DNA of 64,000 nt from Camelus ferus (taxonomy: Eukaryota). Below the pieces are notes generated by a model. That model ran no database searches, was not told the DNA's origin, and saw only the letters and a list, made by a program, of their open reading frames with translations. Positions 1 to 12,599 of the stretch are shown piece after piece. The DNA is taken from contig NC_045697.1 of the NCBI RefSeq assembly GCF_009834535.1, forward strand, positions 1,056,001 to 1,120,000. Direction: 5' to 3'. The first letter of the stretch is position 1; every line of letters starts with the position of its first letter. A program made the position numbers and the translations under genes.

Positions 1-583
1 AGACTCCCCGTAAGAGTGAAGCGGCCAGGAGAGGAATCGCGGACGCCCCTCACCCTGCAGTGGGCTGGCCCCTCCCCCAGCGCCGACCCCCCCGAGCAGA
101 GCGGAGGGTGAGCTGGCCAGAAACACAGCTCTGGTGCTTTCTTTAGAAAAGCTGAACTTTAATTACTCAGTTTTTACAGTGGAAACAAGTACCCAAGGCC
201 TGGTCTTAAATGCGCACGTCCGTACGAGAGGCACGAGACTGCGGGCGGGGAGCGCAGCCTGGCGTCCCTGGCGCCGCCCCCACCTGTCCTCAGCCACGCT
301 GGGCGCCACCCACGGCGCCTCATGAGGCAGGGGCTGCACGAGCAAGGAAGAGCCCTCCCTCAAGGCCAGTGGAATTTAAGAAGAAAATTAAAAAAAGAAG
401 TCGAACTGTCAGAGCTGTCCCTAAGATTAGGAAATTACAGCTTTCTGGGCTAAGTTTGACATTCAAAAATGTAATATTGAATCCAAAAAAGTGTCTTAAA
501 TCACACAAAAGGGAGCCCATACTAAAACTTAGAAAACAAGTCCGAACCCCGAGACAGGGCCTGCAGCGCGGGCGGCCGCGGCC
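1..583 (-). other. NELFA: NELFA 3'UTR (probably continues past the window start)
   Basis: Downstream of the stop codon; U-rich block at ~370-545; no canonical AATAAA seen on the minus strand in this stretch. Confidence 0.75.
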
Positions 584-768
584 TCAGGACACGTTGGCCA
601 TGGGCTTGTACTTCTTGAAGCGCGTCCACTGGCCCGTGGCGTAGTTCATCTCGAAGACGGTGTCCACCAGCATGGTGGTGCTGCCCTGGCCGTCCGACTT
701 GGGCAGGTCCTCTGTGTGCTCGCTCAGCTTGATCTGGATCACGTCGCCCTGCTCCTGGCAGGGATTCT
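584..768 (-). CDS. NELFA: NELFA exon 11 coding part (185 nt, NPCQEQGD...KPMANVS*)
   Basis: CTGCAG acceptor; TGA at 584-586; the 11 exons sum to 1599 nt = 532 aa + stop. Confidence 0.98.
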
Positions 769-873
769 CTGCAGGGGAAGAGGCTGCTGGGCGGAAAGGG
801 TTGGGGGCCAACCCCCGACCCCTCACCGGAGGACCCGCAGCCCCAAGCCCACCAGGCTGGCCACCAGACCCAC

Positions 874-973
874 CTCGGGAGCCGGCCATGAAGCCCAAGA
901 TGAGGGCCTTCTCGGGCCGCGTGACCTTATTGGCTGTCTTGAACATCTCCTGCGCGGCAAACATCTGCTCCCT
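874..973 (-). CDS. NELFA: NELFA exon 10 (100 nt, REQMFAAQEMF...FMAGSR)
   Basis: CTGCAG acceptor; G|GTGGGT donor. Confidence 0.97.
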
Positions 974-1059
974 CTGCAGTGGGAAGAGGGTGTGGGTGCC
1001 CGGGCCCCGCTGCAGTGCTGGGGGGCCAGGCCATGTGCCCCCCCGCCGCCTACACCTAC

Positions 1060-1337
1060 CGTGAGTGACAGGTTCTTCTTGGGCTGCTGCTGGGCGGGGG
1101 GCTGGGCCTGGGGGGCCACCATGGCCACCGGAGGTGTCTGGGCGGCGGGGGTGACAGCTGGGGGCGTGGTGGGTGTCAGGGGCGAGGTGGGCGCAGTGGG
1201 TGTGGGTGCAGCAGGGCTCGGGCCGCTGTTGTACAAGGGCGCCCTCTGCTTGAACTGCGCGGGCAGCGCCGGGCTCGCAGCGCTGGGCTCCTCAGGCGGC
1301 CGGCTGGCCTGCAGGCTGGCTTCCCGGGAAGATGGGG
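1060..1337 (-). CDS. NELFA: NELFA exon 9 (278 nt, Pro/Thr/Ala-rich, PSSREASLQ...KKNLSLT)
   Basis: TTGCAG acceptor; ACG|GTAGGT donor. Confidence 0.96.
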
Positions 1338-1773
1338 CTGCAAGCGGAGTGAGGCCTGGTGAGGGGCCGGGGGGCAGGGACCCCGCCCTGGGCTCTGCGC
1401 CCAGCCTGCGGCTCCTAGAGATGTGGACGGGGTCTGCTCCGCTGCCCGCTGACCCCGTGCCACCCCAGAACCCAAATGCTGCCCGGCTTCTGTGACCCTG
1501 CACTTCCCGGAGGGTAGGGAGATTGTAGGGGTGGGCCCTGGCCCCAGGAAGGGAAAAGCAGGGGAGAACTTTGGGTTCGTTTCTTCAAGTTCACGCCGGC
1601 CAGGAGGGTCTTGGGTCTCCGGCCGGCTCCACTGAAGGAGAGGGACGAGGGACAGAGATGTCCTGACCCCCAAGGAAGCACCACATGGGCAAGTCCTGGG
1701 GAGATGCTGCTCCTTCCTGGCGAGCAGGGGTCACCCAGACCACGGAACACCGCCCGCGTGCGGCGCCCCTCAC

Positions 1774-1885
1774 CTGGCGGGGCCTCGGAGCTGGGGGCAT
1801 AGGACGAGGCCGGGACGACACTGGGCGTGGCGGGTAGGTAGCTCGTGGAGGGCAGCGCAGGCTCATTGTTCAAAGACCCGAGTTT
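1774..1885 (-). CDS. NELFA: NELFA exon 8 (112 nt, KLGSLNNEPALP...SEAPP)
   Basis: TTCTTCCAG acceptor; G|GTGAGG donor. Confidence 0.97.
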
Positions 1886-2515
1886 CTGGAAGAAAGAGTC
1901 TGTGGTTCCTCCCAGAAGAGGCCGGGGGCTCAGCACGTGCTTCCCCCAGACACTGGGCGGGTGGCTCTTCCATGGCCTCAGTGCCTCACCCCACTGGAGG
2001 GGCCCCAGCCCTGGAGCAGGACAAGGACACTGCTGTCCCCAGGGTTGGGGAGGGGACCTCTCTGGGCCCCACACTGGGCAGTGTGGGACCCCAAGTGTCC
2101 AACCCTGGCCCCCGGCCTGGAGCTGCTGCAGCAGAGGGGCAGGGGCCAGACGGTTCCCATTTGGTGAAGGAGCCTCTCGAACAGCTGTCTGAGGAAAGGA
2201 GAAAGCTCGACCGTGTCTTCCCTTCCAGGAAAGCACACGATACAGGATGCGAGAAAACAGCTCTGCAAGAGGAAGAGTCACCTGCTGCCCAGAGACGGGC
2301 CTTCCCAGGCCACCTGCAGCCACGCCTCCACAAGGCGCACATTCGCCGTGCCCGGCGGCCCGGCCTCCCCACCAGCAGAGGCCTCTGAGCGGGGACACCG
2401 CCAAGGAGCCCCCCGCACAAGATCTGCGCAAACACGTGTGCACACGCACCCTCCAGCAGCCACAACGCGAACAGGAGGGACCCCGCTCCGGCTGCTGGAG
2501 GCGCTGAAGTCCTAC

Positions 2516-2604
2516 CTGAGTGGATACCAGGCCGGCTGCATAGTCGGGGGTGGCGTTCTCGATGACCGTCTCCTCCTTGGCCGGCTTTTCTGCCACTTCT
2601 GCGT
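2516..2604 (-). CDS. NELFA: NELFA exon 7 (89 nt, AEVAEKPAKEE...GLVSTQ)
   Basis: CAGCAG tandem acceptor; CAG|GTAGGA donor. Confidence 0.95.
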
Positions 2605-2850
2605 CTGCTGAGAAATCGGAGCCCTCAGTGGCCCGGCCACCATCCTGGCCCCAGCTCAGAGCAGGTCACCCAGGGGCACGCAGTCTCCAGGCGAAGCCGG
2701 CAACGAGCCCCCAGGGAAGGGCCGTGCGCGGGGCTGACTCTCTCCAGCCAGAGATGAGGGAGACACAGGCCTCCACGAGCAGAGGAAGCGGGGCCCCTGG
2801 GCAGCCAGCGCCCCCTCCGCAGACCTTGCCCGGAGGCCCCGCACACGCAC

Positions 2851-2920
2851 CCAGCGTCTTCCTCCTCCTCTTCGCCTCCCGGCCGGCACCAACCATATCC
2901 AGCTCAGAAATGTCAAGAAG
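2851..2920 (-). CDS. NELFA: NELFA exon 6 (70 nt, LLDISELDMVGAGREAKRRRKTL)
   Basis: GGCAG acceptor; G|GTGCGT donor; basic KRRRK stretch. Confidence 0.97.
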
Positions 2921-3011
2921 CTGCCAACACAGACAGAAGGCCACCCTCAGCCACAGCGAAGGCGTGCTGGACCGGTCCTGGGGGCCACAGAAGCCAGAGG
3001 GGCATGCTCAC

Positions 3012-3142
3012 CTTCACGCCCCTCTCCTTCCGCAGGGGCGTCCTGGAAGGCGGGATGGGAGTCCGGTTCCCGGTGGGGCTGAAGACACTGGGCGCGGTGG
3101 GGCTCCGGAAGGGCGCCTGCTTCGGGATGCCTTTGAGCGGGG
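3012..3142 (-). CDS. NELFA: NELFA exon 5 (131 nt, PLKGIPKQAPF...KERGVK)
   Basis: TTTGCAG acceptor; AAG|GTGAGC donor. Confidence 0.97.
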
Positions 3143-3956
3143 CTGCAAAGAGGACGGTGGCTGTCAGGGCTTCAGACACTGTGACCAGCAGAGATGGCCC
3201 AGGGCGAGCTGCCCTAGGGGAGGACCACAGGGACCGCTCATCTGCCAACTCCACAGCCCCCGCCCAGGGCTCCCATGGACAGACTGCATCTCAGGGCAGG
3301 GGCAGGTGGCACCCCCGGGACGCCTGTGACCAAGGGCCTGTCCTGTCCCCCTCCCATGAACTTGGACACCAAGCTGGCCTGCCCAGAAGGGCAAGGCTTG
3401 GAAATCAATGATGCCACAGCCAAAACGTGGCATTTTCAAAGACACTGAACAAAGGCCACCTCTGCAGCCATCAACCCAATACATGGACTCCATCAGCTCT
3501 GACAACTGTGGGTGCTACTCCTTTCCTGTGCCTCTTGGTGAATGGACCTGTTACAGGCTGGACAGCCAGAACTACCCACCCTCCGTCCCCACGCCTGATC
3601 CCCATCTCCCACAGAGGACGCAGAGACCGCACCCGGCCAGTGACCCGAGCTGCATGGCAGCCCGCGCCCGCCGGCTGCTGAAGACGTGTGAGAAACCAAA
3701 ACAGGCGTCTCCCTCTGCTGTCCTTCCTTGTCTCGTGGGTTCACATGCAACCTTCCAGATCCTACATGGAAAAGCTTCTGAAACTAACCCCGAGCTCGCC
3801 CCTCGTTCCACACTCACAGGCCCGAAAGCACCCTCAGGCCTGTCGCCACCAGATCCCAACCCTAGAGGACTCTGCTGACGAGGGAAGAGTGTCTTTAGGG
3901 CAGACACACGAGGCAGCCGGGGCTGGCAGGCAGGGGTGGTGGGGGCGCGGCCTTAC

Positions 3957-4046
3957 TCGTGGTGTCCATCTTCCGGAGCAGCCCCCGGCCCTTGGCGTGG
4001 AAGGGTACCCCCGCGCTCCTCTTCAGCTGCTGGGCAGTCTCGGTGG
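3957..4046 (-). CDS. NELFA: NELFA exon 4 (90 nt, TETAQQLKRSAGVPFHAKGRGLLRKMDTT)
   Basis: Read by hand (not in the ORF track in this frame); TTGCAG acceptor; A|GTAAGG donor. Confidence 0.97.
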
Positions 4047-5232
4047 CTGCAAGGACAAGGGTGGCGGGTCAGCGCTCAGCTGCATGGCACCACGGAGCGA
4101 GCCCGCCTCAGTCTGATTACAAGGAAGGCCGAGGTGCGAGTGTTCGAGCATAAACACGGGTCTGCCCCCTCACGAAGCGTCATCTGTCGGCTGAGAAACC
4201 CAACAGGGTACGTACAACTACGTTCTCCACCTTCTGTAAGTACAGCCGCTAAGGCCGCACCTCCCAGGGGATGGCGGGCAAGCTGGGCACAGGAGGAGGC
4301 ACAGCCAGGCCGGGGTCTGGGAGGGGCCTCCCCTCTCCCCAGGCAGCTGCAGGGAGGCCTTGTGGGGACCTGGGCGAGGGCCCGAGGCGGGCGAAGGTTC
4401 CTGGTGAAGTGTCCTCACTGGTGGTCCTCGCTAACTGAGCATTTCTCTTCACAGAAGCATAAAGACAAGGGGTTTTCCTGACACAGCTCAGGGAGGACCA
4501 GAGCCCCGCGCCCAGCACCAGGTTCTGCTGCCAGAGGGTGCGTGGAAGGGTCTGAGGCCCAGGCTGCATGCTGCCAGCTCCACAAAGCCACACAGCAGTG
4601 CTGACCCGGACACTGTCCATCTGCAGCCAAGGGTCATGATGCCTGCTGTGTTTCATCTGGATTCTTTGAAAACCGGGCATTAAGATCAGTATCATAACTA
4701 TTTACAAAAGAAGTTTTGCTGCCACCGGCCAGAGGAATCAACTTCCTTGCCTTCTTCCCAGCAAGTATCCCTGCACAGACACATTACAGGGCACCGTCCG
4801 AGAAAACATCACGTGAAATGACCCAGCATCTTTAGGGTCAAACTGAGACCGTGTACAACTGAAGGGGTGAGGAGCTCCGGAGTGAGGCCCAGCCTGTGGG
4901 AAGTCCCTCCCAGGCTGCCAGTCTCATCGCCAGTGTGACACAACCGGTACAGAGGTCACTTTTGTATCAAAGATTATAAATACCGTAACCTGGAAATTGG
5001 GAAGTTTCTAAAGCAGATTTTTAAACACACAGTTTAGCCCGGCGTCAATAAATTTCAAATAAAAGAAACAGCAACTACGTAGGATTCTGTCTTTAAAAGA
5101 CAGTTTAGGTACCAAAAACCTAGAGGAAATTAAACAACTGCAGACATAAGACAAAAGCACAGTTTGCTGGGCAGTCGGCGCTCCCCAGTCCGCGGGCCCC
5201 TGGCGGAGCGGCCCGGCAGGACAGGCACTCAC

Positions 5233-5394
5233 ACTTCTGCAGGAGCTCCGCCCTCAGCGTGGCGCTCTTCGGCTTCCTCTTCAGCTGGAAGTGCTTCACT
5301 GGGGGGGTGAGGGGCCCCGCGAGGGTCGTCAGGGCGTTCTTGTTCAGGTACTGGCACTCCAGCGGGAGCATGGCCGACGCCTCACACTCGCTCA
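5233..5394 (-). CDS. NELFA: NELFA exon 3 (162 nt, SECEASAMLP...AELLQK)
   Basis: CAG acceptor 5395-5397 with upstream CCCTAAC branch-like motif; donor T|GTGAGT. Confidence 0.97.
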
Positions 5395-6591
5395 CTGCTC
5401 GTTCAAGAACCAACATGTTAGGGCGGTGTCCCTGCCTGGGCCTCGGCTCTCACCGCTGATGCTAAGAGGACCCAAAATGCAGCTTCCTGTGTACAGTCTT
5501 GGAGCTGCTGCTTTGATTGCAACGCAGAAAACAGGGGTCCACAAACTGTCTGCCATCACTCAGCCATCAAGGCCACTGACCTGGGCAAGGATGGAAGGGG
5601 CCCATCGGAATCCCCAGGGAGCTTTTAAAGGCAGAGGTGCCTGGGCCCCACCCCAGACTTGCTGGGCGGGAAGGCTGGGGCCACAGGTTCCCATCAGTAC
5701 AGCTATTTCTGGAGGGCGTTTCAGGCACCCCAAGAGCAAGCGGCGGGAAGGGAAGGTCTGCGGCCAGCACGGTTTCTCCCCCGCAGTCGTCCCTGCTGCC
5801 CAGGTTGGTTAATGGGCTGACCCGGAGGGGAGGGGAAGCACAGATCAGCCCCAACCCTGCCCTTCCTGCCCCAAGAGGACCAACCTCCCACCTAAGAGAT
5901 GACACCCAGGTGGGCGTGGACCTGTCTGGACCCTCGTCAAGGTAATCATCAGCACAGAGACATCTTGGGTTTGCTCTGGAAGAATCTATGTAGTTCGTGG
6001 GCAGTTACAAAGCAAGTGAAAATCCACAGAGTAGAGTGAGTTCTTGTGGTTGAGAAGAAGCTTCAGAAGCGACAGGGGGGTGGGGGTGGCCCCGCAGGGC
6101 AGCTTCCATCTTTAAGGGCTGCCAATTCCAGTCTCCAAACCAGGAGAAGAGCAGTCCTTCTCAACTCTGTCCTCTCAGACCACCTGCAGGCGTCTGCTAA
6201 GTGGGCTTCCAGTTCACGTCCTAAACAAGGGGCCTACTGCTACTTCCAACACACGTCTACTCTGCGCCAGGGCGTGTCCCAGCGCCCGTGTCCTCGTGGG
6301 GCTGCGTGCGGAGAGGGGGCGTGTGAACATGAAACGAAGTCAGTGATCCATGAGACAAAGGAAGTGCAGTGAGGGGGCAGCTGGGGGCAGCTGCTTTTTG
6401 CAGATCGGCAACAACCCAGACGGCAGCAGCGGGCGCAGGGGAGACGTGTGCACACAGTCAGCGTTTCAGGAACCACAGCGCACCACACAGTACACACATA
6501 GCCCCTCAAAGTCACATCCGTTAGAGAAAAGGTGCTCTAAAGGAAGGCGTGTCTCCCCCGTCCCAGCATAAACCAAGCACATGCAACCTAC

Positions 6592-6763
6592 CCTTTTCTC
6601 TAAGTTCTCCTAAAATATCCTGAACGTTGGGATTCTGCTCTTCAAGATCAAGGTTCAGCGATCCGGTGTCAGGAAAGGACTTCAGAATGTCAGCTACCAT
6701 GAGAACCCAGGGGTCCGAATCCAGGGTGGCAAGCTGGATGATCTCCGTGAGGGCGCCCTTCAT
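6592..6763 (-). CDS. NELFA: NELFA exon 2 (172 nt, MKGALTEIIQ...ELREK)
   Basis: CAG acceptor 6764-6766; donor G|GTAGGT; frame continuous with exon 1. Confidence 0.97.
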
Positions 6764-7699
6764 CTGCCGAGAGGGAGGTGACAGTCCTGGGCGCCTAGCC
6801 CCCACCGCCACCCGGAGCCCCACGTGCACTCTGGGCGGCACCAGCCCGGGGCTGAGCAGGGCCTCTGAGCACCTTTGCTTTTCAACTGCCCCCATACCCG
6901 GCCCCACCCCCGGAGGAACCTACCCCAGGGCCACCCCACATCCCCAGGCTGCCACAGTCTCTTCCGGGTTGCAGCGCCATCTACATCCAGTGCCCCGACC
7001 TGGGCCCATGGCTCGCCCTCCCCTGGAGCGGTTGTCTCTCCCCACTGCCCCCACCCGGCTCCCAGCAGCACACAGCCTCCGGTGGGCGGACACTGGAGGA
7101 AACTGGTCTCGCTCTGGCCCCTCCGAGAGCCACCAGTGCCCCTTAGGAAGCCTGCTGAGGGGGCCAATGGGGTGTGGAGAGGTGGGCCCGGTCGTATGGG
7201 GGGCCCCGAGGAGGCAGGTGGCCCCAGCATACTCAGCAGAGCAGAGGCTGCAGGCGTGCAGGGCAGGGACCATCTCTCACGCCACGGCCAGAATTTAAGA
7301 TGAAGGCGACGCCCCGTGTGGCCGAGGCCAGGAAAACTGGGGAGGGGGTGCGGAAAACAGGAAAACTGCCTGGCGGCTCCTCAGAGAGACAAGCACCGAT
7401 CGATCACCACACAGCCCAGCAGCCCAGGCCGAGGTGCTGACCCGGGGGACAGAGACACACGCCCCCCAGGCCTCGTGGGTGAAGGGCTGCATTCAGCAGA
7501 GCCGAAGAGCAGAGGCAGCCAGCTCCATCGTCTGCTGGATGGACAGACAGAGCGCTGCTCACTACCCTGCGGAGCAGCGCCTGGGACAGGCGGCAGCACT
7601 GGCACCCGTGACAATGTGGAGGAGCTGCCAGCACAAAGTTCGGAAAGAAGCCGAACACCACAGAGCACGGCCGGGGGGGGGGGGAGGTCCCCGTACACA

Positions 7700-7910
7700 T
7701 GCAATGTCCACCACAGAGAAATCCACAGACGTACAAAGGGGGATGGACGGTGGTCTCGGAGCTGGAGGCAGGGGGAGCAGGGAGTGACTGGCGAAAATGT
7801 CCCGGTATCAGATGGTGGCAATGATCGCACAGTATTGTAAACATACTAAAAACACAGAACTGTACACTTTAAAAGAATGAATCCTCTGTGAATATTTCAA
7901 TCTGAAAAAT
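7700..7910 (+). mobile_element. Old L1M 3'-end fragment
   Basis: GGTGGCAATGATCGCACAGTATTGTAAACATACTAAAAACACAGAACTGTACACTTTAAAA resembles an L1MB/MC 3'UTR. Confidence 0.7.
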
Positions 7911-9682
7911 TGTTATGAAGCCAAAAAATGTGGGGTCCCCGGAGCACCTGAGCCAAAGCCCACAGATGTCTCCACAGTTGGCATCAGCCTACGCTCCGCC
8001 TGGAACCAAAAGAACCCATCCTGGAGGCGGGAGTGCCCCTGCCCGGGCTGGGTGCCACGTCCCCAGGTGCCAGAAGCTGGATGCCCAGGAAGCACAGCCC
8101 AGCCGTCTCCAGAGGCAGCCTGGCAGCAGAGACAGGAACTGGGCAGGACAAGGACAGGCCTCTGTCCGAGGGGCAGTCCCTGTCACCTGGAACAGCTCTG
8201 GCCTCCTTGACACGAAGCATCTCCTCAGCCCAGGGGAGCCATGGTCCCAGAGGGACCGGCGGAGGAGCAGCCCAAGGGCCACACAGGACGAGCAGACAGA
8301 CGCCTCCGCTGGGCACAGGACCCCTCTGACCAGGCACAGCGCCGTGAGGTTTTAAAACTCTCCAAAGCAAGGGGGAGCGATGAGTTCAAGATACAGCAGG
8401 ACAACAGGAGGTGGCCCAAGCGACACAAGAGCCCAAACCTAGAAACAGACCTGAGACGTCACGAAACCTCTGAGAACACGTTACAGGGTGTGAGTGGACG
8501 ACGAGCTGTGGTGCTTTCCACACCATCCAGAGGTCACTGCCCTCAGTTCACCTGCAAGTCTGGGGTGACCCCACTCAAAGCGGAGAAATGTTTCCTTCAC
8601 AGAACTGGACCTGATTCTGCACTTTCTATGAGAAAATCAATAAACAAAAATAATAAGAAAAATGTAAAAGGTAAGAGGAAGATAGGTTTTACCAGACGTT
8701 AAAATGATAAACGCTGCATGATCAAGTATGTTCCTCCCGTCACTTTATCGCCAGGTAGACTTCAAGTGGACCAGACGTCAACCTGAGGCGTGAGGCCGTG
8801 CGGCTCTAGGAGAAACCACAGACAGCCTTCCTTCGTGGACTAAGGAGGCCTCTGTAGTTGTGACTCCAACCAAGGAGCCATAAGAGAGCAGAATCTGACT
8901 TCTGCTACTCAGGCACTTCTTGCCTGGAAAACCACACACAGTAAATGAGGGGAAACACACCTGCAACCCCTATCACGGGCGGCTAGCGCGACACGCAAAT
9001 ACAGACCTAGAGGCTGGTCCTACAGGGCAGGTTTAAACGTTTACCGTTACAAAAAAATGTCTTAAAACTCTTAAAACAGAAAGGCTACTCAGCCTCGTCT
9101 GCCTTAAGAGAAGTGCAGAGTAACCGCTCGCAATGCCAGCCACGGGCGTGCGTTCATGGCGGTGGCGCCGGGTCTCCCTGGGCTGCAGCACCCGGGACAG
9201 AGTCGTGAAGACGGCCAGGGAGCACGTGACTACACGCACGACTGGAACTCAAAACGGGCATCGCCTCCACTCAGTTTATTTTGGTGACACTCATCTCAAT
9301 TTATAACGTATGTGCTGTCTGCCTGAGCAATTAGTACTTCCAAGAATTTATCCTCTGGTTACCTTGCACACCTGAGAGAATTCTCTGAAGCAAAAGGCAG
9401 GAAACAGCTCCACGCCCACCAGTGTAAACGGGAGCCCAGGTATAAAGCAGGCCCTGCCAGGCAGTGGCAGACACGGCGACCACACGTGCGCTGCGCACGA
9501 GCATCCCGAGGTGGCCTCACAGCTACGCCAACCTCTAGGCATGCATCCTACGGGCACCATGAGGGGCCAGGCCAAGTGAGGAATGGGGGACACAGAGACA
9601 AACAAGACACAGGGCCTGGTCTCAGAAAAGCTCACGGGTGAGCACCAAATAAACTGAGAATTCACCTGTGTTCACAGAAACC

Positions 9683-10001
9683 TGCCGCCACAGGTTGAAC
9701 TGTGCCAGTCGGAGGATGCTGGCGTCCTAGCCCAGGGCTCAGGCGCGCCCTCCTCTGCACAGACGGGGCACCCACGTGTGCCAACCCAGCACAACTCATG
9801 TCCTGGTCAAGAGGGAGATCCGGACAGAGACCACCGCATACGGGGGAAGACGCTGTGCGGACACGAGGAGCAGACGGCCGCGGCCCAGGCGACGCCCCAC
9901 AGGCTACAGGTCAGCAGAAGCCACCCAGAGCCGGAAGACAGCACGCTTCTGTCATCCCAAGACACAGGCTCTAGAGTGCAGTGACCCCAGCAAACTACTA
10001 C
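9683..10001 (+). mobile_element. Degenerate MaLR LTR (MLT1-like)
   Basis: GGTTGAACTGTG start region, AAGAGGGAGATCCGGACAGAGAC core, GCAAACTACTACA end. Confidence 0.55.
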
Positions 10002-10082
10002 AACCACCACTGGACGACCCTTTACAGAAGTATTTAAGGGGAAAGAAAAGGAAGGGAAGGGGGTTAAAGACGAAAAAACCAC

Positions 10083-10378
10083 TGTTATGAACTGAACGTC
10101 TGTGCCAAATTCATCCGCTGAACCCCTGATCTCTGGGAGGGGACCGGTCACAGGGCAGGGCCGTCCAGCGCAGACCAGCATCCTTACAGAAGAGCCCCCA
10201 AGGCTCCCTCCGCCGGAAGGCTGCAGCCAGGAAGGGCCTCCCCGGACCGCAGCCAGCCTGCCCAGAGGAACGGTGCGTCCCGGACGTCCCCTCAACCACA
10301 ACCGCAAGAAAGTGAAAGTCTGCTGTTTAATCACCAGGTCTCCAGTGTTTTTGTGATGGCAGCTCATAGACCGGGACA
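10083..10378 (+). mobile_element. Degenerate MaLR LTR (MLT1A-like)
   Basis: TGTTATGAACTGAA start; TCTGCTGTTTAA...TTTTTGTGATGGCAGC...GACA end. Confidence 0.65.
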
Positions 10379-10487
10379 GCCGCCTTCAGGTTAAAGACAG
10401 TGCCTCAGCCGCGCCCCCGTGCTAAGCTTCTACCACGTCTCTGGGGGAGACAGCTGCAGAGCAAGGAAGGGGTTTCCAGTGCTCGCC

Positions 10488-10682
10488 AACACCGCACGCA
10501 CACACACACACGGCACCGCACACACACACCCTACACACGCACCCCCCCATGCCTCACACACGACACCGCACACACACCCCACGCACGCACGCACCCCCCA
10601 CGCCTCACACACACAGCACTGCACCCCCCCCCACATGCACGCACACCCCCCACACGCATGCACACACACAGCACCGCACACC
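10488..10682 (+). repeat. Compound CA/CACG low-complexity repeat
   Basis: Recurrent CACCGCACACACAC and CACGCACCCCCC units. Confidence 0.9.
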
Positions 10683-10849
10683 CATGAGGAAAGAAGAGCC
10701 AGCTTGCATTCAGGTGCACGGCTGAGGGCCCCGGGCTCAGAACTCAGAGAAAAACAAGCTCCCAGTCCAACAGCACTAACCAGCGAGTCCTCCTGACGTG
10801 TCAGAGACCCACCTGCGCACAGGGAACCAAGGTGAAGAGAAACCAGAGA

Positions 10850-11430
10850 AGCATAGCTAATGACTACTTAGACAAAACTTCAAAAGCACAAACTATAAAC
10901 TGAAAAATGTACTGCTCTGTATTAAGACGCATTTTTTTGTTCAGCGAAGGGCAAATGGAAAATTTAACAGGCGGGTAACAAAATGGCAGATACAACCCAT
11001 AATGTTCAAAACCAGCAGTGCTTAATACCAAAATATACAAAGAGCCCCCACAAATCAACAAGAGGACAGCCACCCCAATAAGAGACAAGCAGATGCTATT
11101 AACAGGCAGCGTACATAGGGGGAATTTGAGAAGGCAAGGACAAAGTGACCGATGTCCCAGAGGAGCCAGAAAAACCCAAAGGAACACAAGCTGGCACCTT
11201 CCAAGCACCTGATATGCAAAAACAGCAAAGTGGGCAAAGCCAAGTGCTGGCTGGGGCAGGGGAGACGGCGCAGGTGCTCAGGCCCTGCGTGTGGGAGTGT
11301 GACCACCACTTAAGCACATAGTCTATGACCCAACTATCCCACCTCGGGCAAAGATTCCAAATAAATGTTCACAGTGATTTGTGCATAAGCAGCTCTGTGT
11401 CACAGCGCTACTGTGGGGGCCGAGCGGGAG
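10850..11430 (+). mobile_element. Old L1M ORF2-end fragments
   Basis: AATATACAAAGAGCCCCCACAAATCAACAAG and TATGACCCAACTATCCCAC L1-like blocks. Confidence 0.55.
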
Positions 11431-11695
11431 GCAGCCTGCCACCCAGCACGGGAGAGTGATGGGGATGGGGACAGTGCCCGTGGGCCCCTCGGTCTCCGTC
11501 TCGCTTTTTATCAACAACCGTTTACCAACATTCAAAACATTCTTAGTCAGCAGGTCTTACAAAAACAAGTCATAGACCTCCGTTTTCCAACCCCAAGATT
11601 GCACCCACAACAGCAACATGGGTTAACATGTTTTGTTAAAACTGATCAAGGTGCAAGACGATAAAACTTGTATCACTTAAAAATATATGCCCCCG

Positions 11696-11830
11696 GTGGG
11701 GAGGGTACAGCTCAGCAGTAGAGCGTGTGCCTGGTGTGCATGAGGTCCTGGGTTCAGTCCCCAGCACCGCCATTAAAAAAACAAGTAAATAAATAAATAA
11801 ACAAACCAGATTACCCCGCCCCCCAAATAA
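11696..11830 (+). mobile_element. tRNA-derived SINE (Vic-1-like)
   Basis: GGGGAGGGTACAGCTCAG..TAGAG A box, GGTTCAGTCCC B box, (TAAA)n tail. Confidence 0.85.
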
Positions 11831-11917
11831 TATATACACCCCCCCCCCCCCCAGTCTGAGCGACCCTAACCAGAAAGACTCAGGACGACAGGACAGGCCA
11901 GAAGTGGCGCTGACAGT

Positions 11918-11999
11918 CACCACGGGCACGGACTCTGGGACCTACTAGAGCGCCCGGCGCCCACAACCACCACGGGCGCCGACTCTGGGACCTACTAGA
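11918..11999 (+). repeat. 32-bp direct repeat, 2 copies, 50-bp period
   Basis: CACCACGGGC(ACG/GCC)GACTCTGGGACCTACTAGA at 11918 and 11968. Confidence 0.9.
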
Positions 12000-12049
12000 A
12001 TGTTTTCAACTAACAAGACTATTGTCAAACGTTATCCAGAACACCTGGG

Positions 12050-12595
12050 ACCTCCGTGCTCCTGGTGGGAAAGCAGGGTGGTGCCGGCCCCACAGAAAGC
12101 AGCCCTGCAGTTTCTTACAGGTAAACACATGCCTAGCACGGGCCTGGCCATCCCTCTCCCAGGTGTCTCCTCCGGAGAAACAGAAACAACGGTGCGCACA
12201 AGGACATGTCCACTCCGTGAACACGTCCAGACAGAGCAGCGTCACTCAGCAGTAAGCTGCAAGCTACTGATAAACAGAACACACGGGTGAGCCTCAACAT
12301 GAGGATGCTGAGCGAAAAAAGCCAGACCAAAAAAGCACTCTTTTTCTAAAAAAAAAAAACCCTGATACCTTCTTCAGTTTTTTAAACTGTGATTCGATTA
12401 ATATTCTGGAAAATGCCAATTAATGTGTGGTGACAGAAAGCACATCAGTGATCACCTTAGGGCAGGGAGAGGGCCAGGAGGGGCGGACCACAAAGAGGCA
12501 GGCAGAGATTTAGGCTGTGAGCCCTTTGCTATCTTCATCGTAACGGTTTTACAGGCGTGTACATGTCACACTGCGCACTTCACATGTGTGTAGTT
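12050..12595 (+). mobile_element. Old L1MC/ME 3' fragment
   Basis: CTGGTGGGAA...CAGTTTCTTACAGGTAAACAC...ATGCTGAGCGAAAAAAGCCAGAC. Confidence 0.6.
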
Positions 12596-12599
12596 TGAG

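Noticed and set aside
1415..2596. 393-aa minus-strand ORF
   Set aside because: It is NELFA exons 7 and 8 joined by GC-rich intron sequence that happens to be open
3100..3250. Position where I recall human MIR943 lying in NELFA
   Set aside because: No hairpin or sequence support that I can verify here
11918..11999. Repeat-spacer-repeat pattern superficially like CRISPR
   Set aside because: Only two copies, mammalian intron, no cas genes; an ordinary local duplication
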